A stretch of DNA of 64,000 nucleotides from the human T2T-CHM13v2.0 reference genome, Homo sapiens, in assembly GCF_009914755.1 (NCBI RefSeq), contig NC_060941.1, one strand, 5' to 3'. A program made the position numbers and the translations under genes. A model generated the notes under the pieces. The model was given only the letters and a program-made list of their open reading frames with translations, was not told where the DNA came from and made no database searches. Positions 1 through 14,710 of the stretch are shown one piece after another (position 1 is the stretch's first letter; each line of letters opens with the position of its first letter).

Positions 1-70
1 GCCATTGCACTCCATACTCCAGTCTGGGTGACAGAGGAAGATCCTGTCTCAAGAAAAAGAAAAAAAAAGT
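1..70 (+). mobile_element. 3' end and A-tail of an Alu cut by the window edge
   Basis: gccattgcactcca...gtctcaagaaaaagaaaaa. Confidence 0.85.
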
Positions 71-838
71 TCCAAGAATCCTTGAAGAATGTAGTCAGTG
101 TGTAATCCTTGATTCTTGGACCTGCTTCAGCAATAAATCTTAGGAAATTTTAAAAACTGTTGTTTTATATATATTGTTATTTGAGAATCTCGTTTTTACT
201 TTAGAGTTGCTTTAGGATATAATTGGAAGGATTTCTAAAAGAAGACAGAACTAAAATTTAGGAAGAAAAATAAATTCTATACTGAATTTATTACAGAAAA
301 ACAGCTTACCACCTTAGAAAGCCACCTTTGCCATTATTTACCTCTGGCCTAAGGTAGTACTTTGCCTCTGGTAGATGTTTAGTAAATGTTTGAATGAATG
401 AATAAGTGAGTAAGTAAATAAATGTTATCCTCTTAGTTCACACTTGCTACTGAGTGTGAACTTGCTACTCAGTTTTGTCTTCATTTCCTAACTCCTCCCA
501 AATTTCTGCAAGTAATAGTAGAGGATTCTAAGGTATTATTTCTATTGAATGGCATATTGTAAGTCACTTAATCTTTTTATTTTTCTGCTTATGAAACAGT
601 TTTGAGGGAAGAGTATGTGGCTTACAAGATACGACTTGGCCAGAAATGTCTTTTCTATAACATACTGAATGTTAACCTGACATGGCACCTGCCCTGAAGC
701 TCTAAGTGGCTTAATGGTCAAAGTCTTAATTTTTGAACCATTAAAACAACATCTGAGATTCTGGTTACAGAAAATCTTTAGCTTCTTTATTTCCTTTCAC
801 TCTCACAAACCCAATAATCATTTGTTTCTTGAATCCAG

Positions 839-1028
839 GCACTGCGGGAGTTGGTATTAAAATACCGTGAGGACATCATTAATGTGCGGACAGCAGCAGA
901 CCACGTAGAAGAAAAGCTGAAGGCTGAGATACTTTTCCTAAAAGAGCAGATCCAAGCAGAACAGTGTTTAAAAGAAAATCTTGAAGAAACTCTGCAACTA
1001 GAAATAGAAAACTGCAAGGAGGAAATAG
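839..1028 (+). CDS. RABEP1: RABEP1 (rabaptin-5) internal coding exon, fifth from last; ALRELVLKYREDIINVRTAADHVEEKLKAEILFLKEQIQAEQCLKENLEETLQLEIENCKEEI
   Basis: tccag| acceptor 837-838, G|gtgaa donor 1029; 190 nt; coiled-coil peptide; phase fits next exon. Confidence 0.95.
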
Positions 1029-1210
1029 GTGAAGATAAAAGTGATGTAGTTTAGAATTAGAGTCACTAAATAAAACTTTAGTAAAAGAAGCAATACATGG
1101 CCATGGAGTCTGGAACACAGAAAAGCTTAGGAAAGAATTTAGTAAGGACTCAGTCCATTTTTTGTAGATATTCTGATATATTCAGATTCTGAATATATAT
1201 TCTGATATAG

Positions 1211-1548
<338 letters not shown>

Positions 1549-1899
1549 GAAAACTCGTCTTTTTAGGAGTTCTGTGGCCTCTTTGGCAATTATTCATAGA
1601 TAGGATTCTCAGTACTTGAACCCAGAACCAGGGGAACGTGATTCAATGGGTGGCATTTCCCTGCAGAGATGTGATACATGATCTAGAGGTAGTTTATGAC
1701 ACAGTGTCCATTTGCATGGATCCTGCTTTTCCCTGAGCCTAAATATGCTGATTGCTTGGTGGTAATTTTGAGACAGCCCCCGGAACCCATGTTCAGCATA
1801 CATTTGAATCCTTTGGGGGGTGCTCTAAAATTTTAAAGAAAAAAATGTTCATGCACAATAATAGATGAATGCTAATACATCTCATTTTTTTCCTTCTAG

Positions 1900-1955
1900 C
1901 TTCTATTTCTAGCCTAAAAGCTGAATTAGAAAGAATAAAAGTGGAAAAAGGACAG
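1900..1955 (+). CDS. RABEP1: RABEP1 coding exon (A)SISSLKAELERIKVEKGQ
   Basis: ttctag| acceptor, CAG|gtaagt donor; 56 nt restores phase 0. Confidence 0.93.
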
Positions 1956-2339
1956 GTAAGTCGTGAGTTTCAAATTAATTCTATCAGCAACCAGTGGTTA
2001 TTTACTGACTCCTACTATGCTGCACCCAACGAATAAAAAATAGTTAAGGCATGGGCCCTGCCTTAAGGAACTTTTGTCTTGTGGGAAGAAAACCACGGGG
2101 TAAGGGTGTGCTGGTGATTTATTGAGAGTGCCCTGTGTGTCAGGCTACGTTAAACTGGAGGAGGTAAGGCTAAGATGTGACTGTGGCCTGGAGTTTCCAG
2201 TGTAGTGAGAAGATAGGCAAGGCATGGTCATAACATGTTATATGCTTAGAGGTACAGTAGAAATATGTATAAAAAACATTACAAACAAGAGATGACATTT
2301 TCTAGCTGGCTTAGTCCTCTTAGACATCATTAGTTCCTT

Positions 2340-3900
2340 TCATAGTAACCCCATTCAACTTCCTGACCTCACTGTTCCTTGATTTAGAGATTTTCACCTC
2401 CACCCTGCTCTCCCCTCCCACACACTGGGCTGCATTTTGCCCAACTGTGACATCTCACTGCAGCCTTAAGTTCCTTGACCACAATCTGCCATCCTTCCAG
2501 CTCTTCCATCGGAGTACCTCATTCAGACCTCCAGTTCTCTGAACTTCCCCTTTCATTCTGGTTTCAGCAGCTTCATGGCTTGCTTTCTTTCCCCTAGGTT
2601 GCATCTTACTGGCCTGCCTCTTCCCTTCATCTCCCACCACACCTGTCCCTATGGTCTTTGACTCCTTGTCCTGCTGCTGCCCTCACCTGACCACTGCCCA
2701 ACCTTGGACTAGTCTTGCTGTCCCCAGCTGCTGATGCCACGAGACTTGGTGACACTGCATGCTCAAGCTGCCAGATGGGCCTCCAGTGTTCCTCATGCAG
2801 CCTTTCATGTGTCCTAAGTTGCGTCTCTTCCATTCCTCACAGTGGCAGTTTCAGAGTCACCTCACCTCAGCCCCCTCACTCTCAGCAGATGCTGGCCTCA
2901 CTCCTCAGGCATCAGGCAGGGCCACCTTCAGCTACTGGGCTCCTCAATTACAGGTTTTCCTTTTATTCCCAGTCTTTTCTTTTTCTTCAGAGAATATCAT
3001 GACCTGCTTCTGACCACAGTGTCATTGCATAGGTGCTTTGACTGAGTATCTCCGACTTTTCCAGATGTCCCCGCGCAGTGCCGGGCCTTGAACTTCTGCC
3101 TCTTGACTGATCTTTTCCATTATGCATGAACAGGCTCAGGTGTCTCATATTCAGAAGGAAAAAGTCTGTCTTTGGATTGCACTCCTCTCCCGAGCTACCA
3201 CTCTTTCTTCCTCCCTCTGTTGCCACAGTCTTGATCATCATCACTGCCTGACTTCCCAGGCATCCCTCCACCTGCTGCAGTCTGCCTCCTGCCTCCACTT
3301 TGCTACTGATATTGCACCAGCAGAAATTACCAGCGCTCGAAATAACATCTCATCCTTTCCATTCTAGCTGCCACTCTTTGAGTTCAGACTTCACTCTCAC
3401 CTGGCTTATTGTAACAGCCTAACTTTCCCTGCCTCCAAAATTTGTCCCTAAATCATCTCCATATTGAAATCAAGGTGATATTTAAACATTAGAAACTTGT
3501 TCGCGTCCCAGTCTAGTGGAAAGCCCTCCCGTAGTTCCCTTTATTTTACAGGATCAAGTCCATATCCTTAGCCCAGCCAGAGCTCTCCTGCCTCACACCT
3601 CTCTGCCTCAGTGCCTGTGGCTCCCAACGTGCTGTGCTGTAGGCCAGCCGAACATGCCACTGTTGCTGCATGTGTTTTTAGTGCGTGCCATCCATTCCCT
3701 CTTATTGGAGTATCTCTCCATCTTCTCCCCTTGTCACCCTTGTCTTTGCCCTGTAAAAATGTAGGAGTCAAATGTCATCTCCTCTAGGAAGTCCTTTGTA
3801 ACTTTTCTGGCAGAATTAAATGCTTCTTTCTTCATCCTTTACATGTCTGTTTACCCTGATTTCTCCATTTTGAGGCCTTAGAATATAGTAGGCACCTAAT
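2340..3900. mobile_element. Degraded L2-like LINE fragments
   Basis: Pyrimidine-rich L2-type text ending near gtaggcacctaataa; boundaries approximate. Confidence 0.5.
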
Positions 3901-4086
3901 AATGGTTAATGAAAGAATAGTTCAGGAAGAATACAGAGGGGATCCACAGAGCTGAAAGGGTGAGAGGAGTATTCCCAGTGTAGCCCGAGTGTCTTGGTGT
4001 AATTCTCCAGGCTCTAGGCTCTTTTAGGTAGTGCACTGGGGCCCAGAGGGAGTTTCTGTGAGTTTCAGCTTTTTCCTTTTTCACAG

Positions 4087-4185
4087 TTGGAGTCCACATT
4101 AAGAGAGAAGTCTCAACAGCTTGAGAGTCTTCAGGAAATAAAGATCAGTTTGGAAGAGCAGTTAAAGAAAGAGACTGCTGCTAAG
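4087..4185 (+). CDS. RABEP1: RABEP1 99-nt symmetric exon LESTLREKSQQLESLQEIKISLEEQLKKETAAK
   Basis: ttttcacag| acceptor, AAG|gtagt donor; 33 codons, phase 0-0. Confidence 0.93.
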
Positions 4186-5111
4186 GTAGTGTTTTCATTA
4201 GTCATTTAATTTTAAAAAGCAGGGCTAAGAATGCAGGATCACATCTTGCTTGTTGAAAAAAAAATATTGGTGCTTTGAAGTGTCACCTTTTAAAAAGTTG
4301 GCAAAACTGACAGCTTGTGAAAAGAAAAAACTTAAACGAATTGATCTATTCCAGCTGGGTTAAATCTTTTCTGCCAGGTCTGGAGGCCTGCGTCATAGGC
4401 TAGCTTCAGATAGTAGGCAGTCAGGGCCATTGACCAAGCCTGGGCACTGCCCAGTTAGAAGCACTGCTTTGAAAATGTCATTCCATTTGACTGATGTATC
4501 AAATCCTAAGAGAGATTGCATCAAACCAGGTTTGCTGCCTAAATTTTGATGAGTTCCGTTAGAATAAACGTGCATGTTGTGGGGGTAGTTTCCTAGAAAT
4601 GGTCTTAGTGAGCTGAGTGGTCAGACCTGAAAGTGCAGACAGTGTTGCTGAACTGCTTGTTTTTGGAAAGGCTCCCACACATCCTGCTGGTTTTCTGTAA
4701 GAGAGACTGGGGATAGCTGGGGCGTATTCACTAAGTTTCCTGGTGGATGCTTGACTGTGGAGGTTGTCAGAGGAAGTCCTGTATGTATCCCTGTTGGTGT
4801 GACAGACACCGATCTTAGCAGCTGTTTTGGTGATTATCGTCACTGTCACCAGCTGCTGGGGGTGGGGGAGGGCAGCACTTTAATCCATTTCTTCCTTTGG
4901 CTTTTCATACCCAGTTCATCTCAGGACTTAGAGCAAGTAGTCTAGATGGCCTGCACGCTTGCCCTATAGATAAAGAGATTGGTCGTGTATAGGAGTGCGA
5001 CGGATATCCACCCACCTTTCTGCCCTAGTAGTAGGTAACTACAAGTTACTGGATTTCCTAAGTAATTCGGCCCTTTGGCATTAATCTTCATTCAAAACTT
5101 GTATTTTTTAG

Positions 5112-5228
5112 GCTACCGTTGAACAACTAATGTTTGAAGAGAAGAATAAAGCTCAGAGATTACAGACAGAATTAGATGTCAGTGAGCAAGTCCAGAGGGA
5201 TTTTGTAAAGCTTTCACAGACCCTTCAG
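5112..5228 (+). CDS. RABEP1: RABEP1 penultimate coding exon ATVEQLMFEEKNKAQRLQTELDVSEQVQRDFVKLSQTLQ (Rab5-binding region)
   Basis: tttttag| acceptor, CAG|gtgag donor; 117 nt. Confidence 0.95.
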
Positions 5229-5806
5229 GTGAGGCATTTGGGGAACCACATACAGAGCACGAAGGCAGTTTTGGGGGACAGAACCTTGCCGATCCCTGAC
5301 TTGACCACTGGCAGTAGCTAGAGGTTTAGAGACTGGCTGCTCCTACCTCCACCCCAAATGTCTGACTCATCATTCAAGCCAGAAACCTGGTGTGTTCTTC
5401 ACACTTGGCCCATTTTTCTTTTTCTGTATGCCTTGCCAATTTTGCCTCCTTATGAGTAAAGTACTGACTCCTTAGCATACCATGTAAGACTCTTCCCAAC
5501 CAGGCCCACCCCTGTATTTTGCTCATCTCTCTGCCTTGTTTTACATGTTTAACTGCTTGTGGTTCCTCGCCCACAGCGTGGTGTTCTGTCTGGTAAGCAT
5601 CCTCATCTCATCCCCTCCTGACTCCTTTCTTTCAAGGCTCAGCGTAGGTCTGTCCCCTCTGTGGAGCTCTTCTAGGTCCCTGAGCTGGGCTAAAGTGCCC
5701 CTCCCTCTGCCATGCTCCCTCGGGCACTCTATGAATGCCTGTAATGACACAATGACATTTAGAATATTGTGCTAAAACTAAGTTTTTTTCCCAATGGAAC
5801 TTCGGA

Positions 5807-6104
5807 TTTTTTTTTTTTTTTGGAGACGGAGTCATGCTCTGTTGCCCAGGCTAGAGTGCAGTGGTGTGATCTTGGCTCACTGCAGCCTGTGCCTCCTGGA
5901 TTCCAGCGATTCTCCTGCCTCATCCTCCTGGGTAGCTGGGATTACAAGTACACACCACCAAGCCCAGCTAATTTTTGTATTTTTAGTAGAGACAGGGTTT
6001 CACCATGTTGGTCAGGCTGGTCTCAAACTCCTGACCTCAGGTGATCCACCTGCCTCAGCCTCCCAAATTGCTGGGATTACAGGCGTGAGCCACCGTGCCC
6101 GGAC
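5807..6104 (-). mobile_element. Alu
   Basis: Alu consensus; imperfect TSD tggaact(t/g)(c/t)ggatt. Confidence 0.95.
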
Positions 6105-6189
6105 TGGAACTGTGGATTCTTCAGGATTGGGAGTCAGGTCTCATTTGTCTCCATAATCCCAACACATTACACTTTAAAATCCTAGTCTG

Positions 6190-6740
<551 letters not shown>

Positions 6741-6844
6741 CTAGTACTCTGGTGAGTTAATCTGCTACATCTCAGCTAAACCAGTCAAAGTTCAGAAAAT
6801 CTAGGCAGGAGCCACCTGTAGTTATCTCACCATTGTTTCTCCAG

Positions 6845-6946
6845 GTGCAGTTAGAGCGGATCCGGCAAGCTGACTCCTTGGAGAGAATCCGGGCAATTCT
6901 GAATGATACTAAACTGACAGACATTAACCAGCTTCCTGAGACATGA
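6845..6946 (+). CDS. RABEP1: RABEP1 last coding exon VQLERIRQADSLERIRAILNDTKLTDINQLPET*
   Basis: tctccag| acceptor; TGA 6944-6946; matches the rabaptin-5 C-terminus as I recall it. Confidence 0.96.
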   Translation: MQLERIRQADSLERIRAILNDTKLTDINQLPET

Positions 6947-9900
6947 CACCCTCATGGCAGGATTCTAGCCTGCACTTTGGGTTTTTAACTCATCTTTAGA
7001 GCAACAGTAATTATTATTTAACTCTTAACTGAAGAAAGAGAAGTCACAACAAAAGGAAGACTGGAGAAATGCTTACTTCTAGAGGGAGAAGACTGTGCGG
7101 CACAGGAAACAGCAAACAGTGGGGTGATCTGCAGCCCAGAGACCTTCAAATGCGAACACTATAAACTCCAGGCTTGATTCCAACAGGCGTGGGATCAGAT
7201 TTGGTGATGGAAAAAGCGCTGTTTCCTTGCCTGCTTTCTCCAAGACAGATTTTCGGAACACATTTCCCTACCCTAAAGCGACATCCCAGTAGTGTTTGGA
7301 ATTTTCTGTTCATAGATATTGGAAGAGAGAATTTGCTTTATCTGTTGTCTAGAGCTCATCAGTAACAGTATTCAGTTAGCAGACAGAAGTGTAGTATGCT
7401 GTATGAATATTTTATATTAAAATATGAAGGTTTGAGAGCAGGCCATTGGCTACTGACTGTATTTCCCTTGCTCAGTACATTTTTGTTTTCCTTTTACCAT
7501 TTTATCTTGCTTTGGAGGACCTTAAATGCTACTGAAACTTACCTGAGAACCATAGGACTGTGGCAAACAAAACCAATTCATGAAGTGAATTAATGATGAG
7601 GATCTGAAAACTTGGCTGGGGCTATATATACTGGAAGTTGAAGGTTAAAGGAAAAGCACAAGAAACTTTGGAAGCACTTTTTCTGCATACTTAGATGATC
7701 TTCATGGGCCCACAGGGTACCAGGATAAAGCCGAACTGGTACCATCTACTCTTTTGAAGTGTTTTAGTCTAGTTATTGGATCAGTGAAAAACATTAGTAT
7801 ACGTTTTTAAATAGGCTAATTTTTCAACTTGGATCATTAGGCTTACGTACTACTTGTTTCAAATGTGTCAAATACAAAAATGGTAACTAGGTTGACAGAT
7901 ACTTTGTATTTTTCTTTTGAATTCAGACCTGGAATGTAAGTAAGTGACAATGCTTATGGAAAGCCAGTTAGTTAGAATTGGAAATCTGTCTTGTCATTTT
8001 ACAAGCATTAGATTCCTTTCCTGTGTGAAGAAAGCCTCAGTGAAACAGGTCTTTGCCATAACTTTATGAAGTGCTACAGAAAGCACAAAGAATTGATTCA
8101 TGTTCATCAATACCTGCTGAGAGTACTGTCCCAGGAATATCCAGTGGATGGATTCATCATCCAGGAGGTTCAAAAGTAAGATGGTTTTCAAATCATTTTT
8201 GAGACTGGTTGCATAACAGCAGGGTACCTGAAAGAGCCTTCTGGGAGTTAGTGAACTAGGTAGATTGTTTTGTTCACATAACGCCACCATCAACTTAAAG
8301 TGAATTGTCTTTGTTATAAATGAGGTCACTATGGACTTACCCTAAAGATCTTCTGTACTTCTGTCTTCCATAGGACAAATGATAAGTACTACATACCTCA
8401 TCTCTTGGGTTATTATTGTAGTCTTGCATTCATGGTTATGAATTTAAAAATAAATACCAATTATGGAAATAGTACTAAAGGCTTGCCGCACATGAAACAT
8501 TATTTTAATTGGTTTAAAGTCCCTTTATAAAGAGTGCTACATGGTTTAGATAAAGGAAACATATAACTATTGAGTTACAGGGGATTTTATTAATTATAAA
8601 ATGCAATCAATTTAAATTACGTAGGTTTAAGACTAGTCCCTTGGATAAGCCCCAAGCGAATTTGTCTTCAGATTATTAAAATTAGTGCTGTAAATCAGGG
8701 TGGGCAATTCACAGCCTTTCTGAACTGACTGAACTAGAGCTTGCAGTGAAGTGTTCTGCTGAGACTGAGCACCTTACAGATATTTTTCTCCAGAAGATGG
8801 TGCTGGGTAATAAAATCATCACAATTAGGGAATGGTTAGTGGTCTCTACTGTGGCAAATGCCAACTGTTGGAATTCACTTTATTGTAGAAAAACCCAAAC
8901 TGAGACTCTTAAGTTTTGTTTAGCAATGTGTTTCTGGTATGAAACAAACTACTGTGTCACTGTCCAGGTAGGAAACAATTCTTTCAACTGGGTTTTCAGC
9001 ATAAATGGGAACTGATGTAGAAGGCAGGATTTAGCCCTTCTAGGCAAAAGAAAAGCTCAGTTGGGTTTCACGAGTGTTCCTGTGCTTATATTCAGTCTGT
9101 GCCTACATGTTCTCATGCATGTCTAACCTGATTTACCTCTTACCTGTAACCTACCTTATCATGTGGCTTTTAATTGACAGTCACTCAGCCATTTCTAAGC
9201 AGATATAGTAGTACCTTTCAGAACTCACATTGGCAAGTGTAAAAAGATGACTTAAGGTGAAGTGAGGACAAAATCACATTCTGCATACTAACCTATTTTT
9301 TTCTCCCTTTAAGGTGCTAAACTTGCACCTCATGTCCACTCAGTAACAAGTATTGGGACGTAGAGCACAGCCTCACTCAGCTCTGAAAGGTAATACAGCT
9401 TGTGAGGAAGTGAGCCAGCAGTGGCCTTTGCAATTGTGGATCTTGAGCTCTGCTCTCAGCAGATTTCAGGTGTAACCATTTGTTAACTGTACTGAAGGTG
9501 TGTCCTCAAGAAGAAAGTGTTCAAATTAAAAAAGCTGCTGCCAAGTACACTGTGGTCTTCTCCTTTGAATCCTAGGGTTCTATCCCTCTTCAGAGTCATG
9601 TTTCTGGTGCTGCTACTTTAAAACACAGCTCACAAGAATAACTAACTTGCTCAAATATGGAGAAAACTCAATAGGGTTCAGGGAGGTTCTGGCAGTGTGC
9701 AGTGTGAAATAATCCTGAGTCCTTGCTGAACACAACTGTAGGCTTGAGTTATAAAGCACATTCCAAATTTTAAATAAAAGCATTTACTCAATTATTATAA
9801 AACAACATATTTAAAAAGATGAACCACACCAAAGGTCATCAAAACACCTTTTTATAAATTAGATAATTCTACCTGTTTTACAATATGGGTTTAAGCCTTC

Positions 9901-10070
9901 AATGGTGTTCAGTTCAGGTGTGAGTCAGCTCCTGGTGGTGTCAGAAGTTTACATGATTGCGGATATCATTGATTTGCTTCACCATTTCCCTTATATGTTC
10001 ACCCCTGTAAAATTGTAAAGTCACTCACTTTTGGAATTATAATAAACCATTTATATGGATTCTTAAGAAT
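6947..10070 (+). other. RABEP1: RABEP1 long 3' UTR with several candidate poly(A) signals (3' end uncertain)
   Basis: AATAAA 8449-8454, ATTAAA 9525-9530, AATAAA 9773-9778, AATAAA 10041-10046; Alu-free. Confidence 0.7.
9941..10004 (-). CDS. NUP88: NUP88 exon 17 (last) GEHIREMVKQINDIRNHVNF*
   Basis: TGA at 9941-9943 (minus), AG acceptor 10005-10006. Confidence 0.95.
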
Positions 10071-10442
10071 TTAAACTGGTAATGTTGAAACATCTAAGAA
10101 CTGCTTTGCTAAAATTAACAGCTGAAGGTTTCAGGTGGATAGCAATAGTGTTCACTATTCATTTAAGGTGGCAAACGGTGCAAGTACTGGAAATATTTTT
10201 GAACATAATTACTGTAAAATACCTTTGGCCACACAACAAAATCATGTTACTAGAAGGTCATCCCTTTCAATCCTCCCACCATAGTCATTTCTTAAGTCCC
10301 TATGTATCATGTGGCTCTCATCCCAGTAATTACTTGACATGCAAATACCAAGATTCAGGTTTCTATTAAGACAGGTTGATTCTGGCATACTGTAAAGGAA
10401 AAACTATCTCACGATAATAGCTGATTGGAAGTATTTACTTAC

Positions 10443-10561
10443 TCCTCTTTCAGGATGGACTGAATGCACTTTCGCTGGTAGGCACTGAGAATAATGGTGG
10501 GTTTTGGAAGACTCAACACCTTCTCCATCTTTTGCTGTTGATAATCCTTTTTCATAGTAAC
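10443..10561 (-). CDS. NUP88: NUP88 exon 16 [40 protein letters not shown]
   Basis: GT-AG boundaries, 119 nt, phase consistent. Confidence 0.95.
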
Positions 10562-10718
10562 CTTAAGTATTAAAATAATAGATATTTTGGCAGTGGTTTG
10601 CCACACATTTTCACAGTATCTATTTGAATCTGTTCTTTTTACATTTTTGTAAAATTTTCTGTAGAATAAGTGCTTTAAGAAAAATTACCAAATTTAGCTA
10701 GTTTGGATCTATTCCTAC

Positions 10719-10845
10719 CTGTTTGATGGCATTGCCCAAATGTCGAAGTTGATCAGGTATCAGCTGTAATTCTTTCTTCATGTCTCGCTCACTATCAGAG
10801 AGAACTGGGAGCTCAGAGTGAAAACTGTGAAGTAGTTTTTTCATC
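10719..10845 (-). CDS. NUP88: NUP88 exon 15 [42 protein letters not shown]
   Basis: GT-AG boundaries, 127 nt. Confidence 0.95.
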
Positions 10846-11120
10846 CTTTAGAAAAGGCAAGCAAACATCTCAATTTAAGGTCTCTACTAATTAGGAGAAA
10901 CATAATCACAAGCTCATAATTCATGAATCTGGTGTTTCTGAAGTAGGCCCCATAGGAAGGGTTAGGGGAGAGCCTCATGTTTTCCCCAACATATACTTCA
11001 GAGGAGAGGCAGGGGGATCAGTTCAGTTCCGTAGGTATGTAAGCACCTGCCAATGCCCATTTTCTTAAATATCGTTGTTAGTACCTGACTAGGTAACTAA
11101 ATGTTATACAGCCCACTGAC

Positions 11121-11201
11121 CTGTTCATGATATCCTCTTGTTTTTCTTTAGCTTCCTCATATTTGTCAGCTAAACGCTCAGCCATTTCCCGCAGACTTTT
11201 C
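11121..11201 (-). CDS. NUP88: NUP88 exon 14 [26 protein letters not shown]
   Basis: GT-AG boundaries, 81 nt. Confidence 0.94.
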
Positions 11202-11339
11202 CTAATGATGTAAGACACAAGAGACTCTTGAGGTCCACCCCTTGATGCTGAAACCACCTAATGTGGCTCAGCATCTTAGGGTGAGAATATGGTTCCAGTC
11301 TTACTGACCTATTGTATTCTTCTTATTTTTGACACTTAC

Positions 11340-11405
11340 CTCTCTTCTCGACAATAACTGAGATCTTCTAGTTGTTTCTTTTTTTGGTCACATAATAATT
11401 TGACC
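11340..11405 (-). CDS. NUP88: NUP88 exon 13 VKLLCDQKKKQLEDLSYCREE
   Basis: GT-AG boundaries, 66 nt. Confidence 0.94.
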
Positions 11406-11513
11406 CTTTAAAAACAAAAAGAAATAGAGTTTATTCAGAAGCCAGGTCTAGGCTACCATACAGCATCAGCTACCAGCCAGGGATCGATGGTTTGTGAACA
11501 CAGGACATCATAC

Positions 11514-11639
11514 CTCCGCTGAATCTCCTCCTTTGCCAAGTCCTGTTTGAGAATGTACTGCTCTCTGAACACCTGGGTGGCTCTGCTGAGGAGCTGAAGG
11601 CATTCTTCAGGAGGAGGGGCTATGTCCTTTTCAGAAGCT
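11514..11639 (-). CDS. NUP88: NUP88 exon 12 [41 protein letters not shown] (start of C-terminal coiled coil)
   Basis: GT-AG boundaries, 126 nt; alternative upstream acceptor at 11688-11689. Confidence 0.94.
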
Positions 11640-11678
11640 CTTAAAAACAAAGTTTCTACCTTTATTTTCCTTAGCTGA

Positions 11679-12322
<644 letters not shown>

Positions 12323-12536
12323 TAGCCTAACTTCTTTTTAAACACTTCCTGTTTATCATTCTCAGGTGCCACTTCCCTCCTGCTCCCCATTCACTAGCTG
12401 ATCAAATATATCCAGTTTCTTCCAAATTTATCACAGTAAAAAGTATATGAAACAGATGAGGACAGAAAGGATGCACAGTAATTCTGAAGACAGAAGAGAA
12501 CCCATTCATAAAACCGCTATGCCCAAGGTTGCATAC

Positions 12537-12695
12537 TTCAAAAATGCTGGATTGGCAACACTACGTTGCAAAATGCTTCTAATATGCTTTTCAAAGGAAT
12601 CTGGGGTTTCAGCCAGAACACGGAGGGGAGACTCTGCCACTTCAACATCTTCTCGAGTACAAAGCAGGGGAGGAGACGCTGGATGGACTGTACTT
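12537..12695 (-). CDS. NUP88: NUP88 exon 11 [52 protein letters not shown]
   Basis: GT-AG boundaries, 159 nt. Confidence 0.95.
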
Positions 12696-13230
12696 CTGCA
12701 AAATAAGTAAGTAAATTGAATTCTACCATGGAGTGATTTACTGTATTACAGGAAAGCAGAAACCACATTAATCCAGAACTTTCAGAATATAAAATAAAGT
12801 GTAACTTTTGTAAAAGTGCAAGAATGCATGTTTTCCACCTTGAAAAGGTCACTTTGGGAAGCTACACCCTTATTATTCCAATGCCCCTGATTTGTGAAAG
12901 CATTTCTGACTGCCATTTCCAGTTCTTTTCTAAAAGATCAAGGCAGCACAAACACCTAGCATGGATTCTTGGCAAAGGACTTGAAAGCCAGTTTATAAGC
13001 CGGAGCCACAAACATAAATTACTTATTTGTTAGGTTTAGAGTTGATCAAAACCAATATTAAGCCAAGAAACTGCTGTATATACCATATTGGTTCTATATA
13101 ATTTCATTTCTAAAAACTATTCAGTCAAGTGCAAATACTCAAACTTCAAAAAGAGCTTAAAAGATCTCACAGACTTCGGCAGCATGGCAAGTGACTTACT
13201 CTGAAGGCAACAATTCTAACGTGAATGTTT

Positions 13231-13934
<704 letters not shown>

Positions 13935-14393
13935 TTATTTTTCCCCTTTGGGATTCATATTTATTCTGAAGTAAGCTAGTGTGACTAGGTTTTATTTTAC
14001 TAAATGTACTGTGGGTGTTTAAAAAGTATGCTGAGGTAACTTACAGGTAATTTTTTCTCCAGTGATTTTATTATTTTTGTTTGGTCTTGCTAGCTTTTAG
14101 TGCCTTCAGTGTAAATAACACAAAATTTATATTTATTTTTACATCCAGATAGTACAACTTAATCAAGCTTCAAAGACTATGGAAGATCCTCTAAGGACAG
14201 TAAACTACTGCCAGTATTAGGAATTTATGTCAGCATCCAGAGGTGCAAGCTTTGAACGGACAAGGGGTGGGGGTGTTGTCTAGTGTTTGAAGCTCCAGTG
14301 ACTTTTGTTTTTGGTACTCATATTCCTACATTTATGTAACTCAGAATGATCTTCCAGGGCTGTTGGAAAAGGAACATAGTGATTACAGCTTAA

Positions 14394-14710
<317 letters not shown>

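Noticed and set aside
1176-1198. 11-bp perfect inverted repeat with 1-nt loop (ATATATTCAGA-T-TCTGAATATAT)
   Set aside because: AT-rich low-complexity context, too short for a miRNA or other structured RNA.
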